A DNA stretch of 64,000 bases, from the sequence record NC_048077.1; one strand, 5' to 3'. Under the pieces are notes generated by a model. The model had not been told where the DNA came from. It saw only the letters and a list, made by a program, of their open reading frames with translations, and searched no databases. Positions 1-9,935 of this stretch are shown piece by piece. Positions within the stretch are counted from its first letter, which is position 1, and the number at the start of each line of letters is the position of its first letter. A program made the translations under genes and the position numbers.

Positions 1-2
1 AG

Positions 3-1433
3 GCACTCCGAACAGTAACGAATCCGGATATTAAAAAGGCGCACCGTGTAAGTATGCTCGGACGCCTTTCGCCGGATCTGTTTAGTTCAGAGGTAACAAA
101 GAAAGCGTATAAACGTATTTCGAAGTTGCTCGAATCGCGCTCGATGATTCTTGATTGGGAAGATCTCTTAGAAGACCCTAACCTGAACGTTGACTATCGT
201 GACGAACTGCGCAGCGCGGAAGAAGCGCCAGCGAAAGGCATGAAAGGATTCGAGCGCATTCTTGATCCACTTTTAAAGTATCGCAAACGTCGAACCATTA
301 TGAATGTGGGGCGCAGCATTGCAAAAGATCTGGAAGGTGATGAGGACGATTTTGATGAGGATGACTATCTTCTCAAACTCGCTGATCATCTTAATCAGGC
401 GAAAGGTGGATCGGTTAACGAACGTGTTCATTCTTTTGGAGGAAAGAAATCGAACGCGTTAAAACTCGCGAAGAAAGTTCTTAATGCGCCGTCTGAGGTT
501 CTGTATAAAACAGGCTACATTGAATATGATAGCCGAAATGCAGGCTTGCCGACGACTGGTGTTTTTATTCTCGGTGCAAGTACATCCGGCGGTAAATCTG
601 TTTTCAGTATGAACCTTGCGGATCGAATGGCGCGTGCAAACGGTATCCACTGTCTCAAGATAACTCTTGAAATGACAGAAGAACAGGAAATGAACCGTAT
701 GCTCGCCATGATCAGTGGCGTTGATTTCTGGAAAATCAAACAGAACAAACTGACGAAGAAAGAGAAGAAAGCTGTTCTGAAAGCAGCGAAGATTTACGAT
801 GACCAACTGCGTAAATCTGGCGCACGTAACAGTTTCGTTTCTCCGGATCGTGGCATGAGTATTGATGACGTGCTTTATATGGCAACGGCATACAATGCAG
901 AAGTAACCGTGCTCGATTACGTTGGTCTTCTTGAAGGTGTTGATGATGGCGACCAGTGGAAAAATCTCGGAAGCGTTGTGCGTCGTGCGAAAGTACATGC
1001 GCAGCAAAGCGGGAAGCTGATTATCATTCTGGTTCAGATTGATAGTGACACTGGTAAAATTCGTTACTCGCAAGCGATGAAGGAACACGCCGACGTTGTT
1101 TGGACGTGGAACTATTCTGATCCGGAAGTTCGTGAAACTCACGTTCTGCCGATTCAGGTAATCAAAGCGCGTGATGGCGAGCTATTCGATCTTCCGCTTC
1201 GAGAAGCGTTTGAGAAAATGCAGGTACTTGACGGCGAAGGTGCGACCGCTACTTTCTCTTCTTCGGAAGATAACAAATCGCAATTCCGAAAAGGTGGCGG
1301 TAAGAAAAAGCCTGTTGAACTTGCAGACCTGAAACCTAATCGACGTGCTGGAATGTTAGTTAACGCCGCGTATGATGACGATGGCGATAGCGGCAAGTCG
1401 AAGAAGAAGAAACGGAAATCTGCGCTTGAGTAA
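3..1433 (+). CDS. dnaB: DnaB-like replicative helicase (5'-partial; frame is open to the window edge)
   Basis: Walker A ILGASTSGGKS, Walker B VTVLDYVGLL, DnaB-like KIRYSQAMKEHADVV and IKARDGE. No stop codon between position 3 and the ATG at 54. Confidence 0.85.
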   Translation, partial: ALRTVTNPDIKKAHRVSMLGRLSPDLFSSEVTKKAYKRISKLLESRSMILDWEDLLEDPNLNVDYRDELRSAEEAPAKGMKGFERILDPLLKYRKRRTIMNVGRSIAKDLEGDEDDFDEDDYLLKLADHLNQAKGGSVNERVHSFGGKKSNALKLAKKVLNAPSEVLYKTGYIEYDSRNAGLPTTGVFILGASTSGGKSVFSMNLADRMARANGIHCLKITLEMTEEQEMNRMLAMISGVDFWKIKQNKLTKKEKKAVLKAAKIYDDQLRKSGARNSFVSPDRGMSIDDVLYMATAYNAEVTVLDYVGLLEGVDDGDQWKNLGSVVRRAKVHAQQSGKLIIILVQIDSDTGKIRYSQAMKEHADVVWTWNYSDPEVRETHVLPIQVIKARDGELFDLPLREAFEKMQVLDGEGATATFSSSEDNKSQFRKGGGKKKPVELADLKPNRRAGMLVNAAYDDDGDSGKSKKKKRKSALE

Positions 1434-2205
1434 ATATGAATCCCCCTACGGCGTTTTGGAATCAGACGAACTGGTTCCACGCTGGTCATTCCCTTGCGAT
1501 GGAAGAATAACGCAGGTGGAAGAAAGTTGGATGCTTGGCGATATGAGTAACACCGTATCGCCAGTGCGGTTGACACGCGGAATTCACAAAATTCACAATC
1601 AGGATTTTGATTATGACGGAACTGATGAAATCGATCTCGACGAAACCGCAGATGCAATTCAAAAAACAGAATCGCGTCTCCTTATCAGACCTGAACTTCG
1701 CGGAATCCGCAACCGCTCCAAAAAGAATGGTATTGGTGCGGAAAATGTTATCGAAGTCTCCGACGATCAAGTAAGCGATATTATTGATCACGTAGAAGAA
1801 AAGGCCGATTCGTTCCGCAGCATGTTGTTGCGCCGAACTGTTCCGTTGCTTCTCGGTTATGATATTGCAGCGGGTGAGTCCGAAGCAATCGTGCGCGACA
1901 TTCTTAAAACCGATATTGAAATTGACGATGAGTTAGTTGGATATATCGGGCGCGTCACGCTCGCAGACATGATCAGCGAGTCGATGAAAACGTGTGATAA
2001 CCTTCCTGAATCGGTGCGTGCTGACGTGCTGAAAGACTGGTTAATCAAAGCGTTTGACGGAGTGCGTGCTGACCATAGCCGCGCCAATAAAAGCAATCTT
2101 GTGCGTCGTTTGAAAAATGAATACGAAGGCATGATTGCCAATGGCAAGGTTCCGCTGATTGGAACATCAAGAGGATTGTCGCAGCGTCATGGCAAAGAAA
2201 CCTAA
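1372..2205 (+). CDS. hypothetical protein directly upstream of terL (true start probably ATG 1531 or 1543)
   Basis: Long ORF filling the gap between helicase and terL; its 3' end overlaps the terL start. The first codons overlap dnaB and look like read-through. Confidence 0.6.
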   Translation: MMTMAIAASRRRRNGNLRLSKYESPYGVLESDELVPRWSFPCDGRITQVEESWMLGDMSNTVSPVRLTRGIHKIHNQDFDYDGTDEIDLDETADAIQKTESRLLIRPELRGIRNRSKKNGIGAENVIEVSDDQVSDIIDHVEEKADSFRSMLLRRTVPLLLGYDIAAGESEAIVRDILKTDIEIDDELVGYIGRVTLADMISESMKTCDNLPESVRADVLKDWLIKAFDGVRADHSRANKSNLVRRLKNEYEGMIANGKVPLIGTSRGLSQRHGKET

Positions 2206-5002
2206 AGTAGCGGCGGTTCAATTAAAACCGAAACGCATTTTAGCCTTTGAAACTTTGCTGAACGATGGCGAAGATGAAGGTGAGGATCTAACTTTCGTAG
2301 AAGAGAAAAAAGGTACAGACGTTTCTTTTCTACAGGAAGGTGAAGTAAATATTGTGGATCTCGTTGACCTAGCGTTGAAAGATAAATCGCTGGTTCCGCG
2401 AGATCTTAAATTCGATGATAGTGCTTGCCCTCAAGCGAAAAACTTTTTGGAATGGGTAACGTCTCCGCATTTCTTAAAGCAGACGCCTTATCTGGAACAG
2501 GCACTAATCGGTTTGCGTTTGTTTGGTGAAATCTGTCCACGTTGTTCTGATCTGGATTGGTTGCCTACCGAAGCGCATGAACCGCAAGAAGGTTTGGCTG
2601 GTATTCGAAAACACCTTACCTTACTTGAACACGGCGAATGTCCTAAGTGTGGCGCTCGTCGTAGTGAGTTGATGCACTCGAAAGAATTAAACTTCTACAA
2701 CGAACTTGCGGTGAACGCAGGACAGCGTTGCGTTGGTGCATCTACTCCGGTTATTACTGAACGAGGTTTGTTGCCGATTAGCCATATGTTTATCGGTCAC
2801 GACTCGCCGGGATTCCATTTGCCGCGCATGAATATGTGCGCAAATACCGGAAACAAACTGGATCGCGTCAAACAACTTTATGTGAGTACCGAAGGCGCAA
2901 CTAAACGTGTTGTGCTGCAAAACGGAATGCACATTGACGCGACTCCGGATCATCCTCTTAGAACTGAAACAGGTTTTAAGCGCGTTAAGAAATTAACCAC
3001 GGAAGATCATGTTCAAATTTGTTTGGGAACAAACGTGTGGGGCAAGAAAGTTACTTTGCCTATCACGATTGAAGAGGCTGGCCTTGCAACTCGCGATGCC
3101 GCTCTTGAATTTCTCAGACGCAACTCACTACCGATAGAAAATGATAAACTCATTTACACGTCCACTGCGCCTAAAGCGCAAATGGCTTGGTGTATTTTGC
3201 TTAACGCTGGTTTTCTCCCTGTTGTCCGAAATGCTGGCGATGAGTATTCTGTTGTATTTGATCTTAATTCTCAACCTATCACTAAATCTCTCTTCATAAA
3301 GATTGATAGCATTGAGGATACTGATGATCAGATAACTTATGATTTGGTGATGGATGGAATGCCTCAGTTTATTGCTGGCGGCCTTCTGAATCATAACAGC
3401 GGTAAGAGTATCGTTGTTGCGATGTGTTCCACGTATCTTACACATATCATCTTAAAGTCTCAGTCTCCCACTGGTATTCTTGGAATCAGTAACACGACAA
3501 TTCTTCACGGAACTTTCGTAGCGCTGACGCAATCACAAGCGAAAGATACTTTGTGGACACCGTACTTCAACATGATATCTGATAGTCCGTGGTTCCAAAA
3601 ATATCACGAAGTTATCAGGCGACAAGAGAGAAAATACGGTATCGAAGTAATGAAGATCCGTGACACGTTTGTGTTATACGGACACCGTAACTTAATTGTT
3701 TATCCTGCTGGCCCTGATGGGCGTATTCTGCGTGGGCGTACACGAATTTTTGGCGCACTCGATGAAATCGCATACTTCGATAACGATGCGGATAGTAAGA
3801 AAGTAAAAGTAAGTGCCGGGATGGTTTACGGCGCACTTGATCGATCTCTCGCTACCGTGCGTGCGGCAGAGGATAAACTTATCGCCGCAGGCTATGACCG
3901 CGCATTTACTGGATACATGTTTAACGTGAGTAGTCCGGTTCATGCGCGAGATAAAATCAACGAACTGATGCGAAGCAGTGTTGGCAGTACGAAACTTCTC
4001 GGCATTCACGCGCCAACGTGGAAGATGAACCCGACAATGCCGCGCAATAGTCCATTCTTGGAAGAAGCGTTTCGACGCGATCCGGTTGGCGCTGCGCGAG
4101 ATTATGGCGCGGAAGCTCCGTTGTCTGCGAATCCATTTATTACTCAGCCTGTTTTCGTTTCAAAAGCAATTCGAGAGAAAGGCAGAAACATGTGCGTGTA
4201 CAGTCATAAGATTGTGCGCCACAAAGATGGTTCGCGCCAACGCTACGGAACTCTGGTAAAAGCCGCGACAACAACTCAGCCTAGTATTATGGCGCTCGAT
4301 GCTGGTTACTCGAATAACAGTTTCGCGATGGTAGTTGGTAGTCGAAATGCAGCGGGAATTATTAGCGTAGATTGTATTGCCGAAATAATTCCATTGCCAG
4401 GCATTCCCCTGAACTATACGTTAATCTTCGATGAGTTATTGTTGCCATTGTGTCAGAAACGAAACGTAAAAGTTTTGCTGGCTGACCAATGGAACAGTAT
4501 TAAGCTATTGCAGGACGCCAAACTAAAAGGCGGGATTACGGAAGCAGATAAATACAGTCTCAAGTATCAAGACTTGTGGACAGTAAAAACTTTGCTGGAA
4601 TCCGAAGTTCCTCGTTTAAGTTTGCCGCGAATGCAGCACGCCGAAACAATCGCAGATACGTTGCTTTACGATGGTGAAGACTATCCGTATTGTTTTGAAG
4701 GTAAACCTACCGAACACCTTATCATGCAAATTCAAACGGTACAGGATACCGGGAGAAGCGTAATTAAAAACATGGGCGCAACCGATGATAGTTGGCGTGC
4801 TATGGCGTTGATGGTTTGGGGATTCGAAAGCGGAAACTACGAAGAAGCATTGACCATTCGCGAAGAAGTTCACGTCAATCGTGATCCGTCTCGCCTCGGT
4901 GTTTCTAAAGGCCGTAGAAATACGGGAAGCGCATCAAGTACAGCGCTGTCTAGTGGTAATCCGATAGGTTCCGTCAGGACGCGAAGAATAGGACAAAAAT
5001 AA
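2189..5002 (+). CDS. terL: terminase large subunit with intein
   Basis: After intein removal Walker A reads AGQRSGKS; Walker B GALDEIAYF; RNase H-like nuclease motifs IMALDAG, LADQWNS, TDDSWRA. ATG 2189 has GAGGA upstream. Confidence 0.9.
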   Translation: MAKKPKVAAVQLKPKRILAFETLLNDGEDEGEDLTFVEEKKGTDVSFLQEGEVNIVDLVDLALKDKSLVPRDLKFDDSACPQAKNFLEWVTSPHFLKQTPYLEQALIGLRLFGEICPRCSDLDWLPTEAHEPQEGLAGIRKHLTLLEHGECPKCGARRSELMHSKELNFYNELAVNAGQRCVGASTPVITERGLLPISHMFIGHDSPGFHLPRMNMCANTGNKLDRVKQLYVSTEGATKRVVLQNGMHIDATPDHPLRTETGFKRVKKLTTEDHVQICLGTNVWGKKVTLPITIEEAGLATRDAALEFLRRNSLPIENDKLIYTSTAPKAQMAWCILLNAGFLPVVRNAGDEYSVVFDLNSQPITKSLFIKIDSIEDTDDQITYDLVMDGMPQFIAGGLLNHNSGKSIVVAMCSTYLTHIILKSQSPTGILGISNTTILHGTFVALTQSQAKDTLWTPYFNMISDSPWFQKYHEVIRRQERKYGIEVMKIRDTFVLYGHRNLIVYPAGPDGRILRGRTRIFGALDEIAYFDNDADSKKVKVSAGMVYGALDRSLATVRAAEDKLIAAGYDRAFTGYMFNVSSPVHARDKINELMRSSVGSTKLLGIHAPTWKMNPTMPRNSPFLEEAFRRDPVGAARDYGAEAPLSANPFITQPVFVSKAIREKGRNMCVYSHKIVRHKDGSRQRYGTLVKAATTTQPSIMALDAGYSNNSFAMVVGSRNAAGIISVDCIAEIIPLPGIPLNYTLIFDELLLPLCQKRNVKVLLADQWNSIKLLQDAKLKGGITEADKYSLKYQDLWTVKTLLESEVPRLSLPRMQHAETIADTLLYDGEDYPYCFEGKPTEHLIMQIQTVQDTGRSVIKNMGATDDSWRAMALMVWGFESGNYEEALTIREEVHVNRDPSRLGVSKGRRNTGSASSTALSSGNPIGSVRTRRIGQK
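2729..3397 (+). mobile_element. intein (223 aa) with a short, probably degenerate endonuclease remnant
   Basis: Starts CVGASTPV (Cys1), block B ATPDHPL, block F TYDLVMDG..QFIAGG, ends HN followed by Ser(+1). Confidence 0.92.
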
Positions 5003-5020
5003 AGTAATTTGGAGTTATAC

Positions 5021-5042
5021 AGCGGGAATAATTATTCCCGCT
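5021..5042. repeat. perfect 22-bp palindrome AGCGGGAATAATTATTCCCGCT
   Basis: The sequence equals its own reverse complement; it lies intergenic after the terL stop. Confidence 0.9.
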
Positions 5043-5067
5043 AGTCCTATTCAAAAAGGGGAATAAA

Positions 5068-5283
5068 ATGAGTAAGAGATATTTCAATCCGTTGACTGCC
5101 AACTCCGCTTCTTCTGAATCTTCTGTAAAGAAAGATCAGGTGGCTTCAACCTCTGCGTTCAACATTACCGATCCTTCGGTGTGTCCGAAATGCAATAGCG
5201 CCACTATCGAAACAAAACTTTTATCGAGTGAGCCTGTTCGCTTTTGCACAAATTGCAGAGTAGTTATGGCGCTTCCAGAATAA
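5068..5283 (+). CDS. small zinc-ribbon protein
   Basis: CPKC...CTNC; AAGGGG RBS upstream. Confidence 0.7.
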   Translation: MSKRYFNPLTANSASSESSVKKDQVASTSAFNITDPSVCPKCNSATIETKLLSSEPVRFCTNCRVVMALPE

Positions 5284-5295
5284 CGGGGAAATCTA

Positions 5296-7239
5296 ATGGG
5301 TATCAAACTCGGTCGTGAAGTTCGCGAGCCTCAAATCTCAAAGGGCAGCGAAACCGCGAAGAAAGCAAAGACTCGCCCGTTAGGATCGAAATCACAAGAG
5401 CGTGCGCAGGCAAACGTTCAATCAATGTCAAAAGTTGCGAAATCTTTCCGTTCGACTTCGAGCGGTTCCGGAATGAGCGGCGGCAACATGCAAGTCGGCA
5501 GTGTTCCGCTTGATATTGATTTGGGGCCAATGTTGGAAGGCATGGATTATGATGCCGATGACCGACAACTTTTTAATCTCTACCGTGATATCTATTTCTT
5601 CGATCCTATCGGCGGCAGTTACGTCGATTTATTCAGTACCCTTCCGTTCTCAGATGTAAGTTTTAGCGGCGCGAAAGATAGTGTGCTCGAAGCATACTAT
5701 GAAGTGAACGAACGTCTGTCGCTTTCCTCCAGTATGCCAAACATCACAACTGATCTTCTGGTTACTGGTGCTTTCTGCGGAAGCATGTTGTACAACAAGG
5801 AACGTAAAAAATTCATCGACCTGATGACGCACCGCTACGATAACATCGAAGCAACGCCGTTCCCGTTAATGTCGCAAGATCCGATTTTCGAACTGCGTGT
5901 ACCGCAAGACGTTAAGCGTGCATTCTCGAAAGAGAGTCGCCGCGTTGATGCGCTGCGTAAAGAACTCGGCGCAGGTTTCGTTGATAAGATGCTCAACGAA
6001 AATATGGTTGAACTTGATCCGATTGGTACGATTTATATTCCGCGCAAAACTTTTACTTTTGGTGAAGGCGTAAGTGCGTTTCGTCGTATGCTTCCAATCT
6101 GGCTGATTGAGAAAAACCTTTATCGCGGTACGCTGATTGAATCCGGTCGCCGCCAGCGTGGTATCCTTCATGCTCAGTTGGGCGATGGCGATCAGTGGGA
6201 ACCGTCGCAAGAGGAAATGGATTTCATCACTGATTTACTTTTGAATGCGGATAGTGATCCAATCGGTTCTATTATCACAACGCGTTTGGGCGTAAACATT
6301 AGTGAATTCCGTCAGGGCGGTGACTTCTGGAAGATTACCGATATTTGGGATCAGACTGCATCATTCAAAATGCGCTTGCTTGGAATTTCCGAAGCATTAC
6401 TTTCCGGTGAAGCGAACTATGATAGTGCGGCAACTGGTCTGACAGTATTTATCGAATCTCTCCGCGCTTATCGCGATTTCGTAACGCGTAAAGTTTATTA
6501 CGAAAAAGTTTTCCCGCTTATCAGCATGATGAACGGTTACGCTATCGGCAAGAATGGCAAGATCATGAAAAAATCTGGCCTGATGGATGGCAGCCTGAAT
6601 GAAATCATGTATCGTTTGAATGACGGCAGTAAGCTGTTTATTCCTAACGTGCATTGGTCTAAACAACTGCGTCCTGATATTGATAGCGCGATGATGGAAA
6701 ACTTGCGTGCGATGACTGAACTTGGTGTTCCGGTTCCGTTGCGTAGTATTGCGGCGGCTGGCGGTTTCAACTTCGATCAGTTGTTGATGGATCAGGATGA
6801 AGATCTTGCGCTGCGTCATAAACTTCTGGCTTACAAAAAACGTCAGCAAGAAATCGACAAGCAGTATTCTATCGAAGAAGCTGCTGGCGGTGATGGCGAT
6901 AGTTATTCTTCTGTATCGTCTACTGGTCGTGGTATGCAAAGCGTTCTCGGAATCCCTAACGTTCTCGGAAGTCAGTCTGCGGTTCTCGGTGGCGTTCGCC
7001 GTCCGGGATTAAAAGGTCGTGATTTCGGCGAGCAATCCGAAATTTTCGAACTGTCGAAAACTGGCAAGAAGAAACATGTGTACCGTCAGGCACGCGCCAA
7101 CCAAAGAGCAAACGACATGATTTACAAAACCATTCAGAACTATGAGCGCAATAAAACTATGCCTCTGGATTCTGGTCTTGTGACTCATGAACCTACTGCT
7201 TACGAAACGCGTGCTTTGCGTCGTTCAGGATTGTTCTGA
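5296..7239 (+). CDS. probable portal protein
   Basis: 647 aa, directly downstream of terL (usual terL-portal synteny); helical core with low-complexity termini. No diagnostic motif recognised. Confidence 0.55.
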   Translation: MGIKLGREVREPQISKGSETAKKAKTRPLGSKSQERAQANVQSMSKVAKSFRSTSSGSGMSGGNMQVGSVPLDIDLGPMLEGMDYDADDRQLFNLYRDIYFFDPIGGSYVDLFSTLPFSDVSFSGAKDSVLEAYYEVNERLSLSSSMPNITTDLLVTGAFCGSMLYNKERKKFIDLMTHRYDNIEATPFPLMSQDPIFELRVPQDVKRAFSKESRRVDALRKELGAGFVDKMLNENMVELDPIGTIYIPRKTFTFGEGVSAFRRMLPIWLIEKNLYRGTLIESGRRQRGILHAQLGDGDQWEPSQEEMDFITDLLLNADSDPIGSIITTRLGVNISEFRQGGDFWKITDIWDQTASFKMRLLGISEALLSGEANYDSAATGLTVFIESLRAYRDFVTRKVYYEKVFPLISMMNGYAIGKNGKIMKKSGLMDGSLNEIMYRLNDGSKLFIPNVHWSKQLRPDIDSAMMENLRAMTELGVPVPLRSIAAAGGFNFDQLLMDQDEDLALRHKLLAYKKRQQEIDKQYSIEEAAGGDGDSYSSVSSTGRGMQSVLGIPNVLGSQSAVLGGVRRPGLKGRDFGEQSEIFELSKTGKKKHVYRQARANQRANDMIYKTIQNYERNKTMPLDSGLVTHEPTAYETRALRRSGLF

Positions 7240-7547
7240 TGAAATTTAATTTCAATGTTCCGTGCTTAGGTACGGAACGTCGCATATGCTATCAACATCC
7301 GGTGTTTCCAAACTACGGTTTGGCTTTATCTGTAAACGAAGACCGTACAGCATTAACTTGCTGTATTGTTTTCGGCGACATTAGTGATTACCGGGATTTG
7401 GAAATCCTCTCGGATCTCACTGCGCCGATTGATGTTTTCGTTTGGGCTTTTACCATAATGCAGAAAATTCAAAATACTGTAAATGGTATAAGTGTAGACG
7501 TGGAGAATCTTCTCTCCACAAATAAATACTTCTATCAGGAGAAATAA
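7239..7547 (+). CDS. hypothetical protein
   Basis: Start overlaps the upstream stop (TGATG coupling). Confidence 0.65.
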   Translation: MKFNFNVPCLGTERRICYQHPVFPNYGLALSVNEDRTALTCCIVFGDISDYRDLEILSDLTAPIDVFVWAFTIMQKIQNTVNGISVDVENLLSTNKYFYQEK

Positions 7548-7548
7548 A

Positions 7549-7923
7549 GTGAGTGAACTGTTTCCGCATCGCGTTCTTCCCGCAAAAACGAAAGGCTTTG
7601 TTTTCGTAGTTGTTGCCGAAGACGAAGACGTTCAGGATCTGATCGATGGCGCTGCTCAGGCCGAAAAAATCCTCAACTCAAAGTTTGAAACGGACGCTAA
7701 CTCAGGTCTGACTTCGGAAGACGCACGTAATCCGGAAGAAGTCGATATGGTTTACGCCGACGCGGTTTCGCTGCTGGAGGACAATAACTTCCCGCTGGCT
7801 GAATGCTTTATCGTTACCAGTGTAACGGTTGTCGGCGATCTGGTAGTTGTGGTTGCATCGCTCGGCGATGTGGACGACGAAGACGAGGACGACGAAGAAC
7901 TTTCAGAAGAAGATTTTGAATAA
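7549..7923 (+). CDS. highly acidic hypothetical protein
   Basis: GGAG RBS + GTG; D/E-rich C-terminal tail; followed by a terminator. Confidence 0.7.
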   Translation: MSELFPHRVLPAKTKGFVFVVVAEDEDVQDLIDGAAQAEKILNSKFETDANSGLTSEDARNPEEVDMVYADAVSLLEDNNFPLAECFIVTSVTVVGDLVVVVASLGDVDDEDEDDEELSEEDFE

Positions 7924-7931
7924 AAAGTTTC

Positions 7932-7958
7932 GGGAGGCAGCAATGCCTCCTGTTTTCT
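7932..7958 (+). terminator. rho-independent terminator
   Basis: GGAGGCA-GCAA-TGCCTCC stem with GNRA loop, then TGTTTTCT. Confidence 0.75.
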
Positions 7959-7970
7959 TCGGAGGATTTC

Positions 7971-8435
7971 ATGACAGATTCAAATAAAGGAAGGCATCAA
8001 CTGATTTGCCGCGTGCCTGAAAGTTTGCCGCCTTTCGATAGTGCTTTAATCGATCTCGATAAAAAGGGAATGTTAAAGTTGCTTCTGTCTGCCGCTCCGG
8101 ATGTTTGTCAAATCGTTACTCTGTCCAGTGCGAAAACGCCTCTCGCAAAATATTTCCCAATGCTTTTCCGAAAGAAATTTCGCTGTATAAATTTCTCGTT
8201 GGAGTTTCCGAACGATCTGCTTTTGTCTGGACGTGTCGTGCATTTGTTTGTGCGCAATAAGCCGTTGTTTACTGCTCTGTCTCCGTTGTTCTATCGTGGT
8301 TCAAGTTGTTTGCATGAACTAAGTCAATGCTCAGGCCGCGTAATTGATTTGTATGTTGGCGGTCTTACGCTCCATGAAGCGCTGAAAGAACGTGTCGGGA
8401 TAAAAGAGTCGATTGTTTTTATGGAGGAACAGTGA
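7971..8435 (+). CDS. hypothetical protein
   Basis: GGAGG RBS; stop overlaps the next start (GTGA). Confidence 0.7.
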   Translation: MTDSNKGRHQLICRVPESLPPFDSALIDLDKKGMLKLLLSAAPDVCQIVTLSSAKTPLAKYFPMLFRKKFRCINFSLEFPNDLLLSGRVVHLFVRNKPLFTALSPLFYRGSSCLHELSQCSGRVIDLYVGGLTLHEALKERVGIKESIVFMEEQ

Positions 8436-9469
8436 GTAGATCATTTGGTTCCATTTCCGAAGAAAGCGAACCAAAAGCAAAAGTAACGCAACTCACACCG
8501 AAAGTTGTCTTCCGCAAGAAGCCCACGCTTCATGTGTTTGATGCAAGCAACTGGTTGTGTCGTGCTTACTTTGTGTCGCAGAATCAAAATCGGAAATTAA
8601 CCGCACCGGATGGAACACCTACGGGCGCAGTGTATATCTTTATGACGATGGTTGACGCAATGCTTTCGCAGATTCGTCGCGATCCTAAAGGCGCTTACGC
8701 TGCGTTTTGTTTTGATGGACGTTCTAACAGTACGTGGCGCTATCGTGCTATTCGTAACTGGAGTGCGGAACAAACGAAAGACACAATCACAAAAGTCTTT
8801 CCGAAAAGCAGTGATTACAAAGGCAATCGTGACAGAACAAAAACTGCCGATTTGCCGATTCAGATGGATTTGGCTCAAGAGATTTTAGAAGCGTATGGAG
8901 TGTGGGCGCGTCGTAAAACCCCATACGAAGCCGATGACATTATCGGCACGCTGTCTCATCGTTTTAGTCGAAAGTATTTTGTTGATATCTACTCACGCGA
9001 CAAAGATACGTTGCAACTTGTAGACAATCCGCGCACGCAAGTTATAATGGCGGCGCAGTCAAACGCTATCGAAAAACGATACACATTAAAAAACGTTCAT
9101 TCGCATTTCGGCGTTTCTCATGATCTTATCGTAGATTTTCTTGCGATGTGTGGAGACTCTGCCGATAACGTACCGGGATTACCGGGCGTTGCAGAAGGAA
9201 CGGCAGTAAAACTCTTAGAGGAATATGGAAGCCTCGAAAATTTAATCAAAGCAGCGCCAACGATCAAATCAAATGCTCGCTGGCGAAACGCTATTATAGG
9301 AAAGTACCCGCTGATGGATCTGGATCTACAGCGTGAATTAGTTACGATTGATCGCAATGTTCCAATGTTGCCTAAAAACATTTCCGATTTCGAAATCGGG
9401 GAGCCTGATTTAAAAGCGATAAAGGACTTAAAGAAGCGACTCAAATTTAAACGTATATTTGAAATCTAA
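8432..9469 (+). CDS. 5'-3' exonuclease / flap endonuclease (PolI N-terminal-like)
   Basis: FDASNWLCRAY, YEADDIIGTL, SRDKDTLQL, and H3TH motif CGDSADNVPGLPGVAEGTAVKLLEEYGSLENL. Confidence 0.92.
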   Translation: MSRSFGSISEESEPKAKVTQLTPKVVFRKKPTLHVFDASNWLCRAYFVSQNQNRKLTAPDGTPTGAVYIFMTMVDAMLSQIRRDPKGAYAAFCFDGRSNSTWRYRAIRNWSAEQTKDTITKVFPKSSDYKGNRDRTKTADLPIQMDLAQEILEAYGVWARRKTPYEADDIIGTLSHRFSRKYFVDIYSRDKDTLQLVDNPRTQVIMAAQSNAIEKRYTLKNVHSHFGVSHDLIVDFLAMCGDSADNVPGLPGVAEGTAVKLLEEYGSLENLIKAAPTIKSNARWRNAIIGKYPLMDLDLQRELVTIDRNVPMLPKNISDFEIGEPDLKAIKDLKKRLKFKRIFEI

Positions 9470-9480
9470 GGGTATTATCT

Positions 9481-9930
9481 ATGGACGTTCAAACTCGCTT
9501 GGTAAATTTTGTAGAATCTTACCACTCTGCGTTTCAATCTGATGACTGCGAATCTGTTGATGTTCGTCTTATCAGTGTCATGCGCAGTGTTCAGGGAAAA
9601 GATCCTGAAATTCTTCCGAAAGACTTGTTCAACTCCTTCTTGTTCCAGATTGCGTACAAACGTTTTTATGAACACGCACAAACCAAACTCGATCTGTCGT
9701 TGATTGCTTTGGCAGCCTGCATTAGCAGTCTACCGGGCGAAGTAGTGATGCTCTGTTCCTATTGCTACCTCAAAGGCATTTCAAACTTCGATGAGTTTGC
9801 TCTTGATGTTGGGTTCGACTCCTGCCCTTCCGATTTAAGCGCAGCATGGGACGCGCAAAAAGTTGAAGGCGCTAACGCGCTGGATATGTTATCGGAAGTT
9901 GAAGCCTACCGTACAAAACAGTTAGGGTAA
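9481..9930 (+). CDS. hypothetical protein
   Basis: ORF tiles the operon. Confidence 0.65.
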   Translation: MDVQTRLVNFVESYHSAFQSDDCESVDVRLISVMRSVQGKDPEILPKDLFNSFLFQIAYKRFYEHAQTKLDLSLIALAACISSLPGEVVMLCSYCYLKGISNFDEFALDVGFDSCPSDLSAAWDAQKVEGANALDMLSEVEAYRTKQLG

Positions 9931-9935
9931 GTGCT

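Noticed and set aside
1372-2205. Terminase small subunit assignment
   Set aside because: Supported only by position upstream of terL; no recognisable TerS motif.
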